Positions 29,712 through 38,602 of a DNA stretch of 64,000 bases are shown in pieces (within the stretch, counting starts at the first letter, position 1; each line of letters starts with the position of its first letter). The notes under the pieces were generated by a model. That model saw only the letters and a program-made list of their open reading frames with translations. It was not told the DNA's origin and made no database searches. The position numbers were made by a program, and so were the translations under genes. The stretch is from the NCBI GenBank assembly GCA_002376845.1, contig DFOS01000028.1:1029-65028 (forward strand), in the 5' to 3' direction. The stretch comes from Bdellovibrionaceae bacterium UBA3535 (GTDB lineage: Bacteria; Bdellovibrionota; Bdellovibrionia; Bdellovibrionales; UBA840).

Positions 29712-30132
29712 AGCGCCTTTTCTCTTCCTGTGTTTCTGCAATTATTTTCGGCACTTCGCGCTTCTTACTTAAGTCATCCAGAGCAACAAATGTAAGATAA
29801 GCCGTAGCAGTATGAAGATTCTGTCCCGAAATGGGATTTTCGGCATCCACCCTAACCCCAATTTCCATGGAAGAACGAAAAGCACGGTTGACACTAGCAA
29901 ATAGATTTACCACCCAGCCTTTTTTTACTGGAGCGACAAAATTGAGAGCATCAATGGAGGCGGTAACTACTTGGCACCCGGCGTGGCGCTGAGCTGCGAT
30001 GGCAGCACATATATCTATCCAAGACATAATAACGCCCCCGAATGCTGTATCGAGGGCGTTGGTGTGAGTAGGCAGTAGCAGTTCGGTCATTCGTACTTGC
30101 GATTCACGAACCGCCTTTGCCGATGGACTCAT
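29656..30132 (-). CDS. acyl-CoA thioesterase (hotdog fold, YciA-like)
   Basis: LLPTHTNALDTAFGGVIMSWIDICAAIAA parallels the YciA/BFIT motif. 158 aa. Confidence 0.85.
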   Translation of the reverse strand: MSPSAKAVRESQVRMTELLLPTHTNALDTAFGGVIMSWIDICAAIAAQRHAGCQVVTASIDALNFVAPVKKGWVVNLFASVNRAFRSSMEIGVRVDAENPISGQNLHTATAYLTFVALDDLSKKREVPKIIAETQEEKRRYEEAQRRRQLRLQYIKTT

Positions 30133-30137
30133 AGAAT

Positions 30138-30566
30138 TTAGAATCCAGAACTACCTAAATCAGAACCTGGTTCGCGGTCTGTAGGAATGCGACCTAAGTT
30201 ACCCGCACCGCTGCTTAAGCTAGGCTCTTCCTCGCTTACAGTGGAATGAAAACCCTGATTGTTATTGTTGATCGTTGAGCTGCCAGCAGGAATGGAATTG
30301 TTCGTAGTATTGCTAGACTCTTGCGTATTGTTTTCCACAAAGCTCTGGTAAGGCATGCACCATACAATCAACTGAGCACGTGATTTCACACTCATTTTTT
30401 TGTAAATATTGGTTAGGTGAAACTTTACCGTTTTTTCGGTTACGAATAATTGGTTTGCAACTTCCTTGTTGGACAAACCCTTCACAACTAATTCTGCTAC
30501 TTCGGCTTCTCTATTAGACAAACCTTTTTGAGTGAGGATTTCTCTGAGCATCCTTGCTCCCTCCAT
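30138..30566 (-). CDS. LuxR/GerE-type HTH protein with Asn/Ser/Gly-rich C-terminal tail
   Basis: LSNREAEVAELVVKGLSNKEVANQLFVTEKTVKFHLTNIYKKM is a canonical GerE HTH. Here it sits at the N-terminus and is followed by about 75 low-complexity residues. Confidence 0.8.
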   Translation of the reverse strand: MEGARMLREILTQKGLSNREAEVAELVVKGLSNKEVANQLFVTEKTVKFHLTNIYKKMSVKSRAQLIVWCMPYQSFVENNTQESSNTTNNSIPAGSSTINNNNQGFHSTVSEEEPSLSSGAGNLGRIPTDREPGSDLGSSGF

Positions 30567-30777
30567 TTTGGTTATTGGTTTATAGTACTAAGGGATATGT
30601 TCCCATCTAAAAGTCTTACAGATGCTAGGACTTTTCGCAAGCCAGACTTTTTTCTTTCTTAAAAAAACTGGACTCATTATTGCTGTATAGGAAATTATAA
30701 AGCATAGAGAAGCTTACTTATACTTAAAATAAAAAACTATTATGTTACTTGCTGCCATTGGCATTTGTTTTCTTGAA

Positions 30778-33264
30778 TTAATTAAGGCTTAGCTTTTTCT
30801 CATGCAGCCAATTTAATGCATCCATAGGACTCATCTGATTTAGGTCCACATTGGCGAGCTCCTCCACCAGCGGATGCGGAGTATCTTCTACGTTTTCAAC
30901 CAAATCAAGGCTCGCTGAGGAAAATAGATCCATTTGCGTTTGGCTAGGACTTTGTTTTTCTAAGTCTTGCAAAATGCTCTTTGCCCTATCTACTACCGAC
31001 TTTGGCATTCCTGCCAAGTCTGCCACATGAACGCCGTAAGATTTGCCGGCTGCGCCTTTTTTGATTTTATAAAGAAAGCGCAAGCGCCCTTTGGATTCCG
31101 CTATGGACATATGATAGTTATGCACATTTTCGTATTTTGCCTGCATCTTGGTTAATTCATGATAATGAGTTGAAAACAAGACAAAGCCTTGCCGATCTTC
31201 CGCAAGCTTTTCCAAGATGGCTTGCGCCAGACTCATTCCATCGTAAGTACTAGTCCCCCTACCCACTTCATCCATGATGATTAAAGAATTTCGACTTTTG
31301 TGGCGAAATATATGTGAGCAATCCCGCATTTCCACCATGAAAGTCGACAAGCCCTCACTGGCATCATCGCTCGCCCCAATCCGAGTAAAAATACGATCAA
31401 TGATGGGCATTTTTGCCGTTTTGGCCGGAACGTAGGAGCCCATTTGCGCCAAGATGCTTGCAATGGCAACTTGCCGCATAAATGTGGACTTACCAGCCAT
31501 ATTCGGCCCGGTTAACAAATGTATATGACCGCTATTCATATCTATGTCGTTGGCAACAAAAGGATTGGACAATAGTTTCTCCACTACCGGGTGGCGCAAT
31601 CCCTCCAACTGATAGGCATCAGAAAAAATCGGCGGGCTCCATCGATTCTCAACAGCTAAGAGTGCCAATGCAGCAGTAAAGTCAATCTCGGCCCATTGCT
31701 GCGCCAAAGCCAGTATCCATGCCGCATTCTTTAAGACCTTCTCTCTTAATTCTTGAAATACGCCTGTCTCCAACTCAAAGCGCTTGGCTTTTGCCTTTAA
31801 AATTTTCTCTTCCAATTCTTGCAAGCTTGAGAAAGTGTAGCGTTCAGCATTGGTAAGGGTTTGCTTTCTTTGATAGTGTTTTGGAACTTTAGCTTTGTGG
31901 GTATTGGTCACCTCCGCATAGTAACCAAATACATTATTGTGCTTTATCTTCAAAGATGGAATGTCACTTTTTTGCCGTTCCTCTTCTTGTAGTGTGGCAA
32001 GTTGCCCCTCTACTTCTTCGGTTAGCTCGATCCATTCATCTAGGGAGGAGCGGTAGCCCTTTTTGATAAAGTAATCTTTATTAAGGCTAGTGGGTGCCGT
32101 ATCCTTAAGAGCTGAGTGGATTTCTTGAACTAAGGAGTCGCAGGCTTTTACCGCATCCACATCATAACGAAAAAAATCCGTCATCGCACAAAGCTCCAGT
32201 CCTGCCTCCAAAGACAAGGCTAAAGACTGCAGATCACGCGGACTTGAATTGGGATGGGATATCTTACCCAAACGTCTCTCTACATCCCCCAAATGCGATA
32301 ATTTTTCACGAACGGCTTTTACACCTGGGCTTTGCGATCCCGGATGAAAGTGATCCACCCAAAAGCGCACTTTATTTTGTCGTAATAAAATTTCTTTTAC
32401 ATCCAAAAGTGGAAATAGCATGGACTTCTTCCACAACCTAGAGCCGGCGGAAGTTTTACAGCGATTCAAGTGTTGGAAAAAAGAGTTCTTCTTTTCTCCA
32501 TTGTAACTTTCTAACAACTCCAGATGCTGGATAACAGCGGCGTCAATTTGCAAATGGGCATGCCAGCGCCGTTTTTCTAAGGGCTGTATGGTAGATAAGA
32601 TTCCATCCCCTTGCATATTTACCGCGTATTTTTTCAAACGCAAAAATGCTGCGGGCATATCATCTTGCTCTTCCACTAGATCGAAGGCAGTTACCAATGG
32701 TCCGCCTACTTGCTTTTTATTGGCTAAATACTCTTGCTTTTGCGCATCCGATAAAACCAACTCGCTGGGCTGCAATATTCGTAAAACCTCTGCCACCTGC
32801 ATTTTTTCACTTCGATCATAATAAAAGGCTTCTCCCGTGCTTGCTTCTAAAAAAGCGATCGTGCTTTCATCGTAGGAACACAAATAATTGGCTTTACTAG
32901 CATCCAAGGTTTCTGGGTCATAGACCATTCCTGGACTCAAGATTCTTGTTACGCCTCTTTTCACAATGCCTTTTGCTTGTTTTGGGTCTTCCAATTGGTC
33001 ACAAATGGCGACTTTAAATCCTTCCGACAAAAGCTTGTTGATTGGCCCAGCAACGGAGTGATGAGGTACGCCGCACATCTTGGTGTTGTCCTCTGCCTTT
33101 CGATTTCTAACGGTTAGGGCAATCCCCAAAATGGGGGCAGCAGTAATGGCGTCCTGATCAAATAGCTCATAAAAATCGCCCATTCGAAAAAACAGAATTT
33201 TATCGGGATGTAGCGTTTTTTGCTCTTGGTATTGAGCCATTAATGGCGTGAGTTTTTTTACCAT
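30778..33264 (-). CDS. mutS: DNA mismatch repair protein MutS
   Basis: TPLMAQY...FFRMGDFYELF mismatch-binding motif, Walker A GPNMAGKST, DEVGRGTSTYDG, and a full length of 828 aa. Confidence 0.97.
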   Translation of the reverse strand: MVKKLTPLMAQYQEQKTLHPDKILFFRMGDFYELFDQDAITAAPILGIALTVRNRKAEDNTKMCGVPHHSVAGPINKLLSEGFKVAICDQLEDPKQAKGIVKRGVTRILSPGMVYDPETLDASKANYLCSYDESTIAFLEASTGEAFYYDRSEKMQVAEVLRILQPSELVLSDAQKQEYLANKKQVGGPLVTAFDLVEEQDDMPAAFLRLKKYAVNMQGDGILSTIQPLEKRRWHAHLQIDAAVIQHLELLESYNGEKKNSFFQHLNRCKTSAGSRLWKKSMLFPLLDVKEILLRQNKVRFWVDHFHPGSQSPGVKAVREKLSHLGDVERRLGKISHPNSSPRDLQSLALSLEAGLELCAMTDFFRYDVDAVKACDSLVQEIHSALKDTAPTSLNKDYFIKKGYRSSLDEWIELTEEVEGQLATLQEEERQKSDIPSLKIKHNNVFGYYAEVTNTHKAKVPKHYQRKQTLTNAERYTFSSLQELEEKILKAKAKRFELETGVFQELREKVLKNAAWILALAQQWAEIDFTAALALLAVENRWSPPIFSDAYQLEGLRHPVVEKLLSNPFVANDIDMNSGHIHLLTGPNMAGKSTFMRQVAIASILAQMGSYVPAKTAKMPIIDRIFTRIGASDDASEGLSTFMVEMRDCSHIFRHKSRNSLIIMDEVGRGTSTYDGMSLAQAILEKLAEDRQGFVLFSTHYHELTKMQAKYENVHNYHMSIAESKGRLRFLYKIKKGAAGKSYGVHVADLAGMPKSVVDRAKSILQDLEKQSPSQTQMDLFSSASLDLVENVEDTPHPLVEELANVDLNQMSPMDALNWLHEKKLSLN

Positions 33265-33300
33265 AAAATAGTGGTAGGAGAAGGCATCTGGAATGTCAAT

Positions 33301-35115
33301 TTATAGTGGCAGCACATCTTCTTGAAAAACCAATTTTTGTTGCTGCAATTCAGGAATGGACTTGATGATATGCCAATCACTTATGCTTTCGTTTTTGAGC
33401 TGCAATTTCAATCGTGGTTGATTTAATTGCAGGTGCCATTCTGCCTGCCACCTATCATTTTTATAAAGGGCCTGGCGCTCTGCCGTATAAATCGACTTGG
33501 TTTGGGCAATCCCTGTATGCACGGAAGCCAATGCATTTAAAAAACTATTATCGTCCGTAAAAACTAAGTTCTGAAACAACCAATCTTTTTGTATTATATC
33601 CAAATCCCGGCGAAACTTATAGCTAGCTTTTGCCACCTTGTATTCATCGGCACTCACATCCTGCCAAAGAAGCTCTATACTATGCATAGAAGGTGTTAGC
33701 CTTGTATTTAGCCCGATGCCAGCAGAATCATTAAACAAAGGCATGGCAGCGTTCGGCATTTGTGCCAATTCATGATTTAAAATGGCGGCTGTGTCTTTTG
33801 ACCACTCCAAACGAACCTCGCCTTGTATGGGAGATTCTTGGTAGAAGGCGCTAGTCATGGTTTCTTTGGCCTCTAGCTGTCTTATGGCACCTTTGGAATT
33901 GGCTTTCGTGAAGTAGAGTAACAAATCCTCTTCTAGAGGTAGGATGAAACGCAAATTCTTCCACACCCCTTGCCATTCTATATTGTCGAAAGTCTGAACT
34001 TGAATATTACCTGCCCACTGCCCCTCATACGGCAAATAGGATTGCCAAAGATCAGGATAAATTCGTTTGAAGGTTTTCAAGTTTGCTTTTTCTACATGTA
34101 TGGTAAATGGCTGCATCAAGTAACGATTCTTTAAATGAAAAGTAAAAGGCTTGGCACTTGCTTTGACCTCCTCACCATAAACATCCAAGCGATCCACCTG
34201 TAAGGGGATGTTTTTGGCAAAAAAATCATCCCAATGACTTATGGTATAAAACTTTAAATTCATCCAGTGCGAGGGCATCTTGTCTGTAAATTCCTTGCGT
34301 CCAAGGCTTTGCATCACGTATTGCAAGGGAAAATCTTTAAACTCTAAGGAGGTTTTAAAATTCTCCTCACCCAGAGGCTCAATATAAAGATACAAATTGG
34401 CTTCTCGAATACGTGCTTGTAGATTGATATTCTGGAAACGATCAAAGGAGCCTCGCAAATTAAATTGCGGCAGAAAACCAAGATTGGAAGCAGACGAAAA
34501 CTTTAAACTAGAACGAAAATCAAAGTTCTCACCATTTTTTTTAATTTCCAATTCATTAAAAACATAATATCTACCTGGATTTTTCTCCGTAGAAAACTTC
34601 AACCTATGCACATAAAAATTAGGGAGATCCTTTACATAATCCACACTAGCTGTGAATTTTTTAGGTTTTTCACTCTCTTTTGCCAAAGAAGGTAAAACTT
34701 TTTTCTCTTGTTGGCTCAAGTTTTCACATTTTTTATTGCGCAGGATTTGAAATTCCAAATCCTCACTTTCGATTTGCTCTACTTTAATTTTTTTCTGCAA
34801 AAGGCTCAGGATATCAAGCGAAACAAAAAGATCGGGGCTTTTTAAAGAAATCTGATTGCAATTCTTAATGTACGCAAGATCCACTCCCGTCCACTGCACA
34901 GTTGGGTGAAACCAATAGTTATGAAAGAAATGAAAAGTCACATCTTGCAATTCAAAACTTTTTAAATCCACCTCGTTTTCTAACTTATTTTGCAAAAATG
35001 AACGCAGTTGTTTAGGCGATAGAACCGCATAGACGGACTTATAGAAGGTGATCGAAAAAATTGCGATCACAAAAAGTAGAAAAAAATAAAATGCAGAGTT
35101 TTTTGATTTTTTCAA
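33301..35115 (-). CDS. membrane-anchored hypothetical protein (possibly AsmA-like)
   Basis: 604 aa with one N-terminal TM helix (FYFFLLFVIAIFSITFY) and a long beta-rich periplasmic part. The AsmA-like guess is weak. Confidence 0.55.
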   Translation of the reverse strand: MKKSKNSAFYFFLLFVIAIFSITFYKSVYAVLSPKQLRSFLQNKLENEVDLKSFELQDVTFHFFHNYWFHPTVQWTGVDLAYIKNCNQISLKSPDLFVSLDILSLLQKKIKVEQIESEDLEFQILRNKKCENLSQQEKKVLPSLAKESEKPKKFTASVDYVKDLPNFYVHRLKFSTEKNPGRYYVFNELEIKKNGENFDFRSSLKFSSASNLGFLPQFNLRGSFDRFQNINLQARIREANLYLYIEPLGEENFKTSLEFKDFPLQYVMQSLGRKEFTDKMPSHWMNLKFYTISHWDDFFAKNIPLQVDRLDVYGEEVKASAKPFTFHLKNRYLMQPFTIHVEKANLKTFKRIYPDLWQSYLPYEGQWAGNIQVQTFDNIEWQGVWKNLRFILPLEEDLLLYFTKANSKGAIRQLEAKETMTSAFYQESPIQGEVRLEWSKDTAAILNHELAQMPNAAMPLFNDSAGIGLNTRLTPSMHSIELLWQDVSADEYKVAKASYKFRRDLDIIQKDWLFQNLVFTDDNSFLNALASVHTGIAQTKSIYTAERQALYKNDRWQAEWHLQLNQPRLKLQLKNESISDWHIIKSIPELQQQKLVFQEDVLPL

Positions 35116-35180
35116 GTCATCACACCTTAGGTTGAGAATAAATAATTTGACTTAAATATACAAGATCGTAAAACAAGAGC

Positions 35181-35738
35181 ATGAAGATCTACACGAAAAG
35201 CGGTGATACGGGAACCACTTCTCTCTGGAGTGGCAAACGCCTATCTAAAGCGCACCCAAGGATTGAGGCCTACGGCAGTGTGGACGAGCTAAACTCCTGC
35301 TTAGGACTAGTACTAAGTCATAGTCCTTCAGAAGAATCCGCAGCAGAAATTTTTGAAGTACAAAATCACTTATTTTTAATCGGCTCCTTTTTATCTTGTG
35401 ATCAAGAGGATTTGGCCGCCTCCTTGACCCCCATTGATGAATCCATGTGTGAGGGGCTAGAAAAGTCCATTGACCGCATGCAAGCGGAGCTGGATGACTT
35501 AAAGAACTTCATTCTGCCAGGCGGCACTAAGGGAGCAAGTTTTGCGCATTTGGCTCGCTGTGTCTGCCGAAGAGCGGAACGCCACGTGGTTCATTGCGAA
35601 GATTTTATTCTCTACAAACAAGAAATCACCCAATATCTAAATCGACTCAGTGATTATCTCTTCGTGCTTTCTCGGTATTTAAATAAGCTTGAAGGCAAAA
35701 AAGACATTTTATGGGATTCCAGTTTATTTAAAAAATAA
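35181..35738 (+). CDS. ATP:cob(I)alamin adenosyltransferase, PduO type
   Basis: MKIYTKSGDTGTTSL...RIEAYGSVDELNSCLG is the PduO/MMAB N-terminal signature. 185 aa. Confidence 0.9.
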   Translation: MKIYTKSGDTGTTSLWSGKRLSKAHPRIEAYGSVDELNSCLGLVLSHSPSEESAAEIFEVQNHLFLIGSFLSCDQEDLAASLTPIDESMCEGLEKSIDRMQAELDDLKNFILPGGTKGASFAHLARCVCRRAERHVVHCEDFILYKQEITQYLNRLSDYLFVLSRYLNKLEGKKDILWDSSLFKK

Positions 35739-36200
35739 ATCAGAAATTTCGTACTCTTTTTCTCCCGACGGAGTGGTCACCACCACCTCATCGCCCACTT
35801 TTTTGCCGATCAAAGCCCTTGCGAGCGGAGAAACGATGGAGATTTTACCAGCGGCTACATCAGCTTCACTAACCCCCACGATTTGGTAACTTACTTCTTT
35901 TTCTGTTTCCAAATCACTAAGTAGTACATGTGCCCCAAAAACAACACGATCTCCTGAAAGCTTGGAGGTGTCTACCACTTGAGCTCCAGCCAATTGCGCA
36001 TTAATTTCACCAATTCTGGCCTCAATCCAAGCCTGTCGCTCCTTGGCTGCATCATAATCGGCATTTTCACTCAAATCGCCGTTAGAGCGAGCTTCTTCAA
36101 TTGCCTTTACAACATTGGGCCGCTCTACCTGCATCAGCTGCTTCAATTCTTCCTCTAATTTTTTCTTACCTTGCAAGGTAATAGGTAGTGTATCCGACAT
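35724..36200 (-). CDS. greA: transcription elongation factor GreA
   Basis: The start at 36200 is preceded by GGAGGG. LPITLQGKKKLEEELKQL...RPNVVKAIEEARSNGDLSENADYDAAKERQ is the GreA coiled-coil signature. Confidence 0.92.
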   Translation of the reverse strand: MSDTLPITLQGKKKLEEELKQLMQVERPNVVKAIEEARSNGDLSENADYDAAKERQAWIEARIGEINAQLAGAQVVDTSKLSGDRVVFGAHVLLSDLETEKEVSYQIVGVSEADVAAGKISIVSPLARALIGKKVGDEVVVTTPSGEKEYEISDLFFK

Positions 36201-36284
36201 CTGCCCTCCAATAAAGCAAAGGCTTATACCTAAAATCTTTGACCTACGCAATACAAAGAGCGAAACTATCGTAAAATTGACGAT

Positions 36285-37658
36285 TTGGAGCGGCCCGGCA
36301 TGCGTCTAAACACCAGTAATATTGCCATCATCAAACGACTTTTAACGGGAAAGAGTTCGCGCCCCTTAAAATCCATCCTACGCAAGTGTGAGCCAGCAGA
36401 CATCGCCACCCTATTTAGTTTCTATCCGCTGCGCGAAAACATGCATCTTATTCAGGCACTATTGAGCACGGGCCAAGCCGCAGAAGTGCTGGAGGAAGTA
36501 CCTGAGCCGCAACTAAAAAGCCTTCTTGAGGCGCTGGATGAGGACGCAACTCGCAAACTCTTTAGTGATTATGCGGAAGACGATTGTGCCTTCTTTTTAA
36601 GTCTTTTAAACGAAGACAAACAAGAGACCATTTTAGATTTGCTGAGTCCACGCCGAGCGCAAAGATTGAAACAAATCCTGAGCTACCCAGAAGATACGGC
36701 GGGCAGAATTATGAACACCGAAGTCTTTTCCATTCCGGCAAATCTTAACGCAGAAGAGGGAATTGAGTATTTGCGGCAAAAGCCAAAGGATGCTCCTTTC
36801 TACTACGCCTATCTTACCGACGATGAAGCTCGCTTGGTGGGTGTTGTTTCTCTAAGGGAAATGGCCACCGCTGCGGCCAATACACCACTCATGGACTTGG
36901 CAAAAAAAGACATTGTTGCAACCAGCCTAGAGTCCACAACGGAAGAGGTTTCCATTCTTGTAGAACGATACAACTTTTTGGCAATCCCCGTAGTCAATGA
37001 AGACAAAAAAGTTATGGGAATTGTAGAAATCGATGATGTGATCGACATCATTCAAGAGCAAGCCACAGCCGATATTTATGCCAGTGCCGGCTTGCAAGAA
37101 GATGACCGTGTTTATTCGCCCATATTATTTAGTATCAAACATCGCTTTCCCTGGATGCTACTGAATTTAGGATTGGCGGCTTGGGTATCTCGCGTCGTCA
37201 GTTTGTTTGAGGGAACCATGCAGGAGCTTATCATTCTCGCTACCTTAAACAATATTGTGGCAGGAATGGGTGGCAATACCGCCATCCAAACTCTAACGGT
37301 GGTAACACGAGGTATAGCGTTAGAGGACTTTTCTTATATATCTCGGTGGCGAGTCATTCTAAAGGAAGTCATGGTGGGCTCTTTTAATGGCTTTGTCATT
37401 GGCATAGTGGCCGCGGTTTTAGTCTACTATTGGAAAGACAATTTAATGGTCTCCATCGTCATCTGGATCGCTCTTGTCATTAATTCTATGGTCGCCTCAT
37501 TGCTTGGCGCCAGCATTCCTATGCTACTGAAACGCTTGGGCAAAGACCCCGCAGCCGGCAGCGGGGTCCTAGTAACAACTCTAACCGATGCCGCTGGTTT
37601 TTTTGCCTTTTTGGGCATTGCCAGCTTAGGAATGGTTTACTTTAAAGACTATCTATGA
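36285..37658 (+). CDS. mgtE: magnesium transporter MgtE
   Basis: MgtE_N region, CBS pair (RIMNTEVFSI.., VGVVSLREM.., LAIPVVNEDKKVMGIVEIDDVIDI), and a TM domain ending ...GSGVLVTTLTDAAGFFAFLG. Start is TTG 36285 or ATG 36300. Confidence 0.92.
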   Translation: MERPGMRLNTSNIAIIKRLLTGKSSRPLKSILRKCEPADIATLFSFYPLRENMHLIQALLSTGQAAEVLEEVPEPQLKSLLEALDEDATRKLFSDYAEDDCAFFLSLLNEDKQETILDLLSPRRAQRLKQILSYPEDTAGRIMNTEVFSIPANLNAEEGIEYLRQKPKDAPFYYAYLTDDEARLVGVVSLREMATAAANTPLMDLAKKDIVATSLESTTEEVSILVERYNFLAIPVVNEDKKVMGIVEIDDVIDIIQEQATADIYASAGLQEDDRVYSPILFSIKHRFPWMLLNLGLAAWVSRVVSLFEGTMQELIILATLNNIVAGMGGNTAIQTLTVVTRGIALEDFSYISRWRVILKEVMVGSFNGFVIGIVAAVLVYYWKDNLMVSIVIWIALVINSMVASLLGASIPMLLKRLGKDPAAGSGVLVTTLTDAAGFFAFLGIASLGMVYFKDYL

Positions 37659-37858
37659 AGAAAGAAAAAAAGCCTACACAGAATCCCATTATCTGCCTTT
37701 GCAATCAAATCCGAAGGGATACCATCATGCAAGCCATTCGAGACGGAGTTAAAAATACAGATGAGCTTTATGATCTTACCGGCGCTGGTGTTGGCCCTTG
37801 CGGCGGCTCCTGCCGCACAACTACGAAAAAATGGATTGAAGACTATAAAAAGAAATAG
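37655..37858 (+). CDS. bfd: BFD-like [2Fe-2S]-binding protein (bacterioferritin-associated-ferredoxin type)
   Basis: 67 aa with CLC...x32...C-GGS-C in the context ICLCNQIRRDTIMQAIRDG...GAGVGPCGGSC. ATGA overlap with mgtE. Confidence 0.75.
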   Translation: MKKEKKPTQNPIICLCNQIRRDTIMQAIRDGVKNTDELYDLTGAGVGPCGGSCRTTTKKWIEDYKKK

Positions 37859-37859
37859 A

Positions 37860-38258
37860 TCACTTCAGCCGGTAATCAATGATGGCTTGAACATCGGGAC
37901 CACAATTACCACAAGTAATACCGGCCGAGCAAAAGCGCCCCACCTCTTGAGCTGTGTGCAAGCCTCCTATGATGGCTTCATCCACCACTTTGGCGGGGAT
38001 CATTCGGCAATGGCATAGCTCTTCTTCTGTATAGGGAAATTGCCAATTGTCAGTGGCCTTAAGTAGCGCCTCTTTGATCAGAATGTCCTGATGTTCATGG
38101 CCCAGACCTTGAATTACCTGATCCACTTGATGATATGGCACTTTTCCTATTCGGCTTACGGCCTCTTCCAATGGATGACAGCCACTGGCCGATAGGGATA
38201 TACCCTGCTCGTCCTTTTCAATGTCAATAAAATCCACCTGGCGCCAAGTCACTCTCAT
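37860..38258 (-). CDS. protein with C-terminal BFD-like [2Fe-2S]-binding domain and unknown N-terminal domain
   Basis: The C-terminus ELCHCRMIPAKVVDEAIIGGLHTAQEVGRFCSAGITCGNCGP shows the C-x-C...C-x2-C BFD pattern. The first ~80 aa are unrecognised. Confidence 0.65.
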   Translation of the reverse strand: MRVTWRQVDFIDIEKDEQGISLSASGCHPLEEAVSRIGKVPYHQVDQVIQGLGHEHQDILIKEALLKATDNWQFPYTEEELCHCRMIPAKVVDEAIIGGLHTAQEVGRFCSAGITCGNCGPDVQAIIDYRLK

Positions 38259-38602
38259 ATAGAATTCATTATGCCGAGCAAGTCATCAATGTCAATTGGC
38301 TTCATAATAAAGCCCTTCGCCCCCTTGGCCTTTAAATCATTAATATCTATTTGTAGGGAACCAGATATAAAAATCACTGGTATTTGCAGGTTTTTTGATT
38401 TTAAGTAATTCAATATTTCCAGACCATCCGCATCCGGCATTTTCATATCTGATAGAATTAAATCCACCGCGGCGTTTGCATGCAATTTTTCTTTCGCCTC
38501 TTGGATCGAGTTTGCCGACACAACAATATGTCCCAAGTCACTTAACTCCATTTCTAATATTTCAATGATCTGCGGTTCATCATCTATAATGAGTATCTTC
38601 AT
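38255..38602 (-). CDS. single-domain CheY-like response regulator
   Basis: MKILIIDDEPQ..., DLILSDMKMPDADG (intact acceptor Asp), PVIFISG, GFIMKP. 115 aa with no output domain. Confidence 0.9.
   Translation of the reverse strand: MKILIIDDEPQIIEILEMELSDLGHIVVSANSIQEAKEKLHANAAVDLILSDMKMPDADGLEILNYLKSKNLQIPVIFISGSLQIDINDLKAKGAKGFIMKPIDIDDLLGIMNSI

Noticed and set aside
36201-36299. A possible M-box (Mg2+ riboswitch) upstream of mgtE.
   Set aside because: Only about 85-100 nt separate the divergent greA and mgtE starts. That is too short for the ~160-nt M-box, and no matching helices are seen.
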